A DNA stretch of 64,000 nt. It comes from Alphaproteobacteria bacterium (GTDB taxonomy: Bacteria > Pseudomonadota > Alphaproteobacteria > RF32 > CAG-239). The notes under the pieces were generated by a model. It did no database searches. It was not told where the DNA came from and worked only from the letters and a program-made list of their open reading frames with translations. This document shows, piece by piece, positions 58,137 through 64,000 of the stretch. Made by a program: the position numbers and the translations under genes. Where the stretch lies: assembly GCA_017961285.1 (NCBI GenBank), contig JAGCXO010000013.1, forward strand, positions 8,480-72,479, in the 5' to 3' direction. Numbering within the stretch: the first letter of the stretch is position 1; each line of letters begins with the position of its first letter.

Positions 58137-60311
58137 ATGACTTTGCGTGATTTTGTAAGATTTTGTCTGCGGGCTTTTTTTAAGTTGATGAAAGTTAGGT
58201 GCTCGCTTGCTTTTGATGAAAATAAACTGCCCAAAAAAGGGGTTTATGTTTCTAACCATGTTTCTTATCTTGATCCATTGATATTGTTTGCTTTTTTGCC
58301 GGGTAATCCGGTTTTTGCGTTGAATGGGCATTTGTATCGCAGCAGAGTTATTCGTTTTTTGATGAGAACTGCGGATGTTATGCCTTTTAACCCGATTGAG
58401 CCGACGGATATTAAGGAGTTGATTGCAAAAGTTGACAGCGGAAGGTTGTGTGTGATTTTTGCAGAAGGAAGGATTACCGAAACAGGCGGTTTGATGAAGA
58501 TTTATGAGGCTCCGGGTTTGGTCGCGGATAAGTCAAAGGCACCGATTATTCCGGTGTGGATTGACGGTCCGCAATACGGGTATTTTTCAAAAACGGCCGG
58601 AAAATTGCCGCACAGGCCGTTGCCGAAAATCAGAGTTGTGGTTGGAAAACCTCGTTCATTCAAGTTGAAAGATGATTTGCGCCGTCAGCGTGATCACATC
58701 AGCAATGAAGTTTATATGATTTTGCGTGATATGGGTTTTGAAATCAATTATAATCCGGATATTTCGCTGTTTGCAATGTTGATGAAGGCGGCAAAAGTGC
58801 ATGCCAAAAAGGGATTTTTCCGCAGACCGAAGTTTTTTGAAGATATTCAGCGCAAGCCGAATTCTTATCGTGATATTATTATCAAATCTTTTGTTATCGG
58901 AAAATATTTTAAGCGCAGAACTGCTTTGGAGGAACATGTTGCGGTGTTGTTGCCGAATGCTTTGGCTACGGTTTGCACGTTTTTCGGTTTGACCGCATAT
59001 TCAAGAATTCCGGTTATGCTCAATTTTTCGATGGGAGCAAAAAATATGCTCTCAATGTGCAATACAGCGCAAGTTAAAAAGGTTATTACGTCACTGGCGT
59101 TTATCAAGACAGCTAAAATGGAAGATGTAATCGCTGAGATTGAAAAGAGCGGAATTAAGGTTTTTTATTTGGAAAAATTGGCGAAAGAAATCAGTTTGTG
59201 GGAAAAAGTCAATGCCTTTCTGCGTTATAAAATCAAGAGAGTGCCACATAAGAGAGGCGGTAGTCGCAAGGCTGTTATTTTGTTTACCTCAGGTTCGGAA
59301 GGGGCTCCAAAAGCTGTTGTATTGAGCCATGCAAATATTATTTCTAATATCAAACAAATTTCGGCGCTTGAGACGGTTAATAAAAAGGATATTGTTTTCA
59401 ATGCTTTGCCGATGTTTCATAGTTTCGGCTTGGTGGTTGGAACTCTGTTCCCGGTGTTTGAAGGTGCAAAGGTATTTTTGTATCCGTCTCCGCTGCATTA
59501 TCGTGTGATTGCCGAGTTAGTTTATGAAATCGGGGCAACAATAATGTTTAGTACCGATACTTTCTTCCGCGGATATGGAAGAATTGCGCATCCGTTTGAT
59601 TTTCATAATGTGCGTTTTATGTATGGTGGTGCAGAAGCTGTTAAACCCGATACAAGAAATATGTGGATGGAACGATTGGGTGTCAAGGTTATGGAAGCAT
59701 ACGGAACAACCGAATGTTCGCCGGTTTTGTGTGCAAATAACAGTATTTTTAATCGTTTTGGTTCAATCGGTAAAATTGCGCCGGCAATAGAATATAAAAT
59801 CGAGCCGGTTCCGGGGATTGATAAAGGCGGTGAATTGGTGGTTCGCGGACCAAATATTATGCTTGGTTATATTATGCCGGATAATCCCGGAGTTATACAG
59901 CCGTTGCAGGATGGTTGGTATCATACAGGTGATGTGGTTGATATTGATGAAATCGGTTTTGTGTATATTAGGGACAGAATTAAGCGATTTGCAAAAATCG
60001 GCGGAGAGATGGTTTCGCTCAATGCGGTTAATGAGATGGTTTGCAATGCTTATGCCGAGGATAATGATTATCAATACGGAGTTGTAGCGACTCCTCATGA
60101 AAGCAAAGGGGAGCAGATTGTTTTGGTTACAAACAATCCTAAGGTTTCGCAAGAAGGTTTGCATGAGTATATTAAAAAACACGGTATGTCAGAACTGTTT
60201 TTGCCAAGAGTTATTTTGCAGATGGAAAAATTGCCGGTTTTTGCAACAGGCAAGATGGATAATGTAACTCTGAAAAAATTGGTTTTGGAAGAATTGGACA
60301 GACAACACTAA
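58137..60311 (+). CDS. aas: Bifunctional 2-acylglycerophosphoethanolamine acyltransferase / acyl-ACP synthetase (PlsC-like plus AMP-binding)
   Basis: The N-terminal lysophospholipid acyltransferase domain carries an HxxxxD-like motif (SNHVSYLD). The C-terminal adenylate-forming domain carries TSGSEGAPKAVVLSH and YGTTE. The 724-aa length is similar to E. coli Aas. Confidence 0.75.
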   Translation: MTLRDFVRFCLRAFFKLMKVRCSLAFDENKLPKKGVYVSNHVSYLDPLILFAFLPGNPVFALNGHLYRSRVIRFLMRTADVMPFNPIEPTDIKELIAKVDSGRLCVIFAEGRITETGGLMKIYEAPGLVADKSKAPIIPVWIDGPQYGYFSKTAGKLPHRPLPKIRVVVGKPRSFKLKDDLRRQRDHISNEVYMILRDMGFEINYNPDISLFAMLMKAAKVHAKKGFFRRPKFFEDIQRKPNSYRDIIIKSFVIGKYFKRRTALEEHVAVLLPNALATVCTFFGLTAYSRIPVMLNFSMGAKNMLSMCNTAQVKKVITSLAFIKTAKMEDVIAEIEKSGIKVFYLEKLAKEISLWEKVNAFLRYKIKRVPHKRGGSRKAVILFTSGSEGAPKAVVLSHANIISNIKQISALETVNKKDIVFNALPMFHSFGLVVGTLFPVFEGAKVFLYPSPLHYRVIAELVYEIGATIMFSTDTFFRGYGRIAHPFDFHNVRFMYGGAEAVKPDTRNMWMERLGVKVMEAYGTTECSPVLCANNSIFNRFGSIGKIAPAIEYKIEPVPGIDKGGELVVRGPNIMLGYIMPDNPGVIQPLQDGWYHTGDVVDIDEIGFVYIRDRIKRFAKIGGEMVSLNAVNEMVCNAYAEDNDYQYGVVATPHESKGEQIVLVTNNPKVSQEGLHEYIKKHGMSELFLPRVILQMEKLPVFATGKMDNVTLKKLVLEELDRQH

Positions 60312-60327
60312 AGAAAGGATTTTTAAG

Positions 60328-60969
60328 ATGAAAAAAATATTAGTTGCTTTTTTAACAATGAGTATGCTCTCGGCTTGTGCGACAGATCCTTATACGGGAG
60401 AGAGTAAAGTTTCGAAAACGGCTTGGGGAACAGGTATCGGAACGGCAGTCGGTGCCGGAATCGGTGCGCTTGCCGGTGGCAGTAAGGGGGCGTTGATTGG
60501 TGCCGGAATTGGTGCTGTCGGAGGTGCGGCGACAGGCGGTTATATGGATTTGCAGGCAAGAGAATTGCGTCAGCAGTTGACAGGAACAGGTGTTCAGCTA
60601 AAACAGCTCGAGAATGGTGAGATTATGCTGATTATGCCGAGCAATATAACTTTTGCAACGGATTCTGATGTGTTCCAAACCGGATTTAATTCAATTTTGG
60701 ATTCGGTAGCGATAGTTTTGAAAAAATATGACAAGACAGCTATAAATGTGGTCGGACATACCGATAATGTCGGTTCTGATGAATATAATATGCAGTTGTC
60801 GGCAAAAAGAGCTTTGGCTGTGTCTAATTATTTGAAGCTGAGAGGTGTCGCCGAAAACAGAATGGTGGTTAGAGCGATGGGTGAAACTTCACCAATTGCT
60901 TCTAATGCTACAGAAGCCGGAAGAGCTCAAAACAGGCGAGTTGAGTTGACAATTCAGCCATTAAACTAA
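60328..60969 (+). CDS. OmpA-family lipoprotein with glycine-zipper segment (YiaD-like)
   Basis: The lipobox is LSAC. A Gly-zipper GIGTAVGAGIGALAGG... is followed by a C-terminal OmpA_C peptidoglycan-binding motif (NVVGHTDNVGSDEYNMQLSAKRALAV...RRVEL). Confidence 0.75.
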   Translation: MKKILVAFLTMSMLSACATDPYTGESKVSKTAWGTGIGTAVGAGIGALAGGSKGALIGAGIGAVGGAATGGYMDLQARELRQQLTGTGVQLKQLENGEIMLIMPSNITFATDSDVFQTGFNSILDSVAIVLKKYDKTAINVVGHTDNVGSDEYNMQLSAKRALAVSNYLKLRGVAENRMVVRAMGETSPIASNATEAGRAQNRRVELTIQPLN

Positions 60970-60990
60970 AGTTTATAAATTGTTTGAAAT

Positions 60991-61027
60991 AAAGGTCCGA
61001 ATTGATTTTCGGGCCTTTATTTTTTTG
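60991..61027 (+). terminator. Rho-independent terminator
   Basis: AAAGGTCCGA-attgattt-TCGGGCCTTT is followed by ATTTTTTTT. Confidence 0.75.
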
Positions 61028-61100
61028 GGGGGACTTGAATTATAAAAATTGTGCACCATATTTTTTGTTGATGTTTAACAAAATGTGTTGAGAGGAAAAT

Positions 61101-61394
61101 ATGAGACAAGTTGCAACATTGATAATGTTTGTATTATTGCTGTTCGTCGGTTATAGCGTTGGAACGGCTATTGCTAAAAACAACAATGATATGATGAACA
61201 ATTCTTCTTCTGATGGTATGGATGGTGTTTATGTTGTGGAAGAAGAGTATGGTGTAGTGGCAACACCGGCTGCTTCTGCTACCAATGGCAAAGCAGATGA
61301 TATGCACCATAGTCAAACAGATAAAAACACTCCGACCAGCAGTAACACCGGCGCGGTTATGATAGAAGAAGATGTTATAGAAAGCGCCAACTAA
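61101..61394 (+). CDS. Small secreted/membrane-anchored hypothetical protein (97 aa)
   Basis: An SD-like GAGAGGAAAA lies before the ATG. The N-terminal hydrophobic segment is LIMFVLLLFVGYSV, and the remainder is Asn/Ser/Thr/Asp-rich. Confidence 0.35.
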   Translation: MRQVATLIMFVLLLFVGYSVGTAIAKNNNDMMNNSSSDGMDGVYVVEEEYGVVATPAASATNGKADDMHHSQTDKNTPTSSNTGAVMIEEDVIESAN

Positions 61395-61413
61395 TACTTT
61401 CCACCTGAGACTG

Positions 61414-61457
61414 CTCCCTGCAGGTTTTTACCCCTCGCCTGCGGGGAGATTTTTTTG
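61414..61457. terminator. Bidirectional rho-independent terminator
   Basis: CTCCCTGCAGG-(13-nt loop)-CCTGCGGGGAG forms an 11-bp stem with one G-U pair, followed by ATTTTTTTG. Confidence 0.7.
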
Positions 61458-61459
61458 TT

Positions 61460-62011
61460 TTAAAAAGTGTAGCGCAATCCGAATGTGTATTCGGTTATGT
61501 GGTCATAGTTCTTGATTTTATCGGTTTTGATATATCTGGCAATACCGCGGAGAGACCAGTTGTCATCGATATTGTAGCTCAAACCGCCACCAAAACGATA
61601 GCCGTAACCGTGATCTTTTTTGTGAAAAGAATTGGTCAGTTTGTTTTTTAAGGTATATTCGCCGATGCCGAGTGTGGCAAGAGGAGCTAGTGCACCGCCG
61701 CACCCCAAAGGAAGGTAGGCGATTGTATCAAGACCATAGGCGTAAAAGGATGTTTTGGCGATGTTTGAATGTGGGATTTTGTCTTTGTCAGAATATTGGA
61801 AAAACATTTCGGTGCTGAAATAGGGGTTGTATGTCGAACCAAGGATTATGCTTGCGGAATTATTATGGGGACGGATGTTTTTTGCGGTTGCAGTGGTGTA
61901 GGCATAATTGAGGCCGAGATATGGCTTATATACATTTTCTATTGCTTGTGCGGAAAAAGCAAAGCAAGTTGTAACAGATAAAATGGAAATATTTTTGGTG
62001 AAATTGTGCAT
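61460..62011 (-). CDS. Small outer-membrane beta-barrel protein, paralogue of 48872-49435
   Basis: The protein has a signal peptide and the same length class. It shares motifs PY.GL...Y, YAYGLD.IAYLPLGC and a C-terminal ...GLRYTF. Confidence 0.6.
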   Translation of the reverse strand: MHNFTKNISILSVTTCFAFSAQAIENVYKPYLGLNYAYTTATAKNIRPHNNSASIILGSTYNPYFSTEMFFQYSDKDKIPHSNIAKTSFYAYGLDTIAYLPLGCGGALAPLATLGIGEYTLKNKLTNSFHKKDHGYGYRFGGGLSYNIDDNWSLRGIARYIKTDKIKNYDHITEYTFGLRYTF

Positions 62012-62104
62012 TTTTTTAATCCTTTCTTTATAGGTTTGTTTTATAATTTAAGCAGTTATTTGGAAAAGTAAAGCAAAATCAGATAAATGATAAGGAGATT
62101 TTTA

Positions 62105-62776
62105 ATGAGTATTTTAAGATGTCAAAAAGGATATACAATGATTGAAACTATCGGTGTTTTGGCGCTTATTGCGGTGATTGCCGGTTCGGCCGTGGCTTTT
62201 TTGAATAAGGCTTTTTCGAGATATAAGATGGCGCGCTTGAGCCAACAAATTGTGGAAATGCAAAAATCAATAGATAGAAGATATGCGGCAAGAAAAACGT
62301 ATGATAATTTGAGTCTGCAACTTTTGGTCAATGAAAATTTGTTGCCGAAAGATATGAGATATGAGAATAATGTGTTGTATCACAGATTGGGTGGAAAAGT
62401 TGAACTGGTGTTGGGCGATAATAACGAAAGTTATACAATCAGATTTATGGATCTGCCGACATATGCTTGTGCTGAGTTGCTTGAACAGAATTGGGGTTTG
62501 GACCAAAGAGTGGTGCTTGATAAAATGGAAATTGGAATAAATAAAGCAACAACGACGAGTAATACGCAACAGGTTAATCAGAAAGTTGCTAAACAGCCTG
62601 GATTGCAGTTGCCAGCAGTGCAACCGATTGGTGAGGTAGTGAATAAAAAATTTAATGTGTTGAGGTGGAAATGCGGTGCAAATGAACAGAATTGTTATGT
62701 TATGCCGCTAAGTCCGGTTGATGCGATAAAGCTCTGTAAAGATAAAAAGAATATTGTTTCCTGGACATTTTATTAA
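62105..62776 (+). CDS. Type IV pilin/pseudopilin-like protein (prepilin-type N-terminal cleavage/methylation domain, C-terminal disulfide loop)
   Basis: With a start at ATG 62105 (SD TAAGGAG 7 nt upstream), the product is MSILRCQKG|YTMIETIGVLALIAVIAGSAVAF. This gives a short basic leader ending in Gly, a +5 Glu and a hydrophobic helix. The C-terminus WKCGANEQNCYVMP has two Cys. The ORF track's 62087 start adds six residues upstream of the SD. Confidence 0.55.
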   Translation: MSILRCQKGYTMIETIGVLALIAVIAGSAVAFLNKAFSRYKMARLSQQIVEMQKSIDRRYAARKTYDNLSLQLLVNENLLPKDMRYENNVLYHRLGGKVELVLGDNNESYTIRFMDLPTYACAELLEQNWGLDQRVVLDKMEIGINKATTTSNTQQVNQKVAKQPGLQLPAVQPIGEVVNKKFNVLRWKCGANEQNCYVMPLSPVDAIKLCKDKKNIVSWTFY

Positions 62777-62877
62777 AAATGGGTGAGAGTTTGGAATAAA
62801 TGGTGTTTTTTTCTTGAATATGTAAGGTAAATACATGTATTGTAAAGTAAAATGTTATTAGAATAAGGAGACTTGAT

Positions 62878-63303
62878 ATGGTAGATAATTCGGTTATTCT
62901 TCCTCCAGATTATAAACCTTCAGAAAAAGAAGAGTATATGAATGAGATGCAACTGGAGTATTTTAGACGTAAGTTAGAAAATTGGAAAAAGTCTTTGTTG
63001 GAACAGTCTGTTGATACATTGGAAGATTTGCGTCAAGGCGGTTTGAACCAGCCGGACGATATTGATCGTGCTTCTTTGGAAACAGATAAGGCTTTGGATT
63101 TGCGCACCAAGGATCGTGCCCGTAAGCTGATTGGCAAAATTGACGAAGCTTTGAAGAGAATTGAAGACGGTGAATATGGTTATTGCGAAGAAACGGGCGA
63201 GCCTATCGGTATTGAGCGTTTGGAGGCAAGACCGGTGGCTACTTTGTGCCTTGATGCTCAAGAAAGACATGAGAGAATGGAAAAAACATATAGCGAAGAA
63301 TAA
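62878..63303 (+). CDS. dksA: RNA polymerase-binding transcription factor DksA (two-Cys variant)
   Basis: The coiled-coil region carries a DxxDxA tip motif (DDIDRASLE). The C-terminal motif YGYCEETGEPIGIERLEARPVATLCLDAQ has only 2 of the 4 canonical Zn-finger Cys (CxxT...CxxA). Confidence 0.75.
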   Translation: MVDNSVILPPDYKPSEKEEYMNEMQLEYFRRKLENWKKSLLEQSVDTLEDLRQGGLNQPDDIDRASLETDKALDLRTKDRARKLIGKIDEALKRIEDGEYGYCEETGEPIGIERLEARPVATLCLDAQERHERMEKTYSEE

Positions 63304-63312
63304 GCTGTTGTT

Positions 63313-63885
63313 ATGGAAACAAAAGATTTTATATTAGCATCAGCATCTCCGCAACGATTGGCTTTGTTGCGTCAAGTCGGTTATGAGCCTAAAAAGATTG
63401 TGCCTGCAGATATTGATGAAACAACAAAAAAGGATGAAAAACCCAATGCTTATGTAAAACGTATGGCACTGGAGAAGGCAAAAAGAACGGCCTCTTTGAT
63501 GCCGAATGAAAATGTGTTGGCAGGGGATACGGTTGTTTGTGTGGGCAGAAGAATTTTGCATAAGGCTAAAAATCCGCAAGAGCAGACAGAAATTATGACA
63601 TTACTTTCGGGTAGGGCGAGCAAAGTTATCAGTGCGGTTTGTCTTATCGGTCGTGATGGCAGAGTGGTGCAAAGGTGCGTGGAATCAAGAGTTTTGACTA
63701 AAAGATTGTCTTCTGCAGAAATTAAGGAATATGTGGCCGGCGGTGAATGGCAAGGATGCTCGGGATATAAAATCGAGGGAACTTTTGCCGGATTTGTTCG
63801 CAAGGTTATTGGTTCTTATAGCGGAATTGTAGGTTTGCCTTTGTTTGAAACTTTAAATATATTAAAAGGGATGGGAATAAAATGA
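63313..63885 (+). CDS. maf: Maf-like nucleoside triphosphate pyrophosphatase
   Basis: The product starts ILASASPQRLALLRQVGY, which is the Maf N-terminal signature. It is 190 aa. Confidence 0.8.
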   Translation: METKDFILASASPQRLALLRQVGYEPKKIVPADIDETTKKDEKPNAYVKRMALEKAKRTASLMPNENVLAGDTVVCVGRRILHKAKNPQEQTEIMTLLSGRASKVISAVCLIGRDGRVVQRCVESRVLTKRLSSAEIKEYVAGGEWQGCSGYKIEGTFAGFVRKVIGSYSGIVGLPLFETLNILKGMGIK

Positions 63886-64000
63886 GTATAGATACAATTG
63901 TTTATGATAAAAATACTAATGTTACGGGTATTGCCTTGATGGAAGAAGGGAAAATCTGTGATGTGGAGATTATTAACGCCAATCAAGCTATTTGCGGTAA
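63882..64000 (+). CDS. Probable ribonuclease G/E-family protein, N-terminal fragment (runs off window)
   Basis: The start ATGA overlaps the maf stop. The product begins MSIDTIVYDKNTNVTGIALMEEGKICDVEII, which resembles the S1-domain start of Rng/CafA. maf-rng adjacency is a common arrangement. Confidence 0.45.
   Translation, partial: MSIDTIVYDKNTNVTGIALMEEGKICDVEIINANQAICG

Noticed and set aside
62087-62104. Upstream ATG (62087) given by the ORF track as the pilin-like gene start
   Set aside because: The SD TAAGGAG lies inside that extension and is correctly spaced for ATG 62105. The 62105 start yields a canonical short prepilin leader.

Overview
This 64-kb window looks like a stretch of a low-GC (about 40% by eye) bacterial chromosome. 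Gene content and local gene order resemble Alphaproteobacteria of the Hyphomicrobiales/Rhizobiales type: hflK-hflC-degP, rne divergent from amiC-mrcA-prfB, nrdR-nusB-def-fmt, and maf-rng. I cannot name the organism, and all homology calls come from reading the translated ORFs, not from a database search. Most of the window is dense housekeeping coding sequence: xthA, nagZ, ackA, dxs, udg, preA, holC, mrp, rne, amiC, PBP1A, prfB, murF, nrdR, nusB, def, fmt, aas, dksA and maf, plus one tRNA-Pro(GGG). Several items stand out. (1) A 5.8-kb autotransporter gene carries near-identical ~180-bp internal repeats and a (GAACCN)n tract encoding (PE)n. (2) prfB has its classic programmed +1 frameshift (AGGAGG..CTT TGA C), which the ORF track splits. 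(3) A family of intergenic inverted-repeat elements built on GACCCCTTGA / CCCCT..AGGGG occurs at three or more loci, one of which also holds a 36-bp GC-rich tandem duplication. (4) The tRNA-Pro 3' end and its terminator are duplicated about 150 bp downstream around a GC-rich fragment, which looks like an att-site scar. (5) An accessory-looking segment at 47.7-50.3 kb holds a frameshifted ANT/Lnu-like nucleotidyltransferase gene, a small OMP and a lipoprotein gene with clearly elevated GC. (6) An orphan type IV prepilin-like gene has a mis-called start. (7) The DksA homologue is a two-Cys variant. I saw no CRISPR array, no cas genes, no transposase or IS element and no rRNA.
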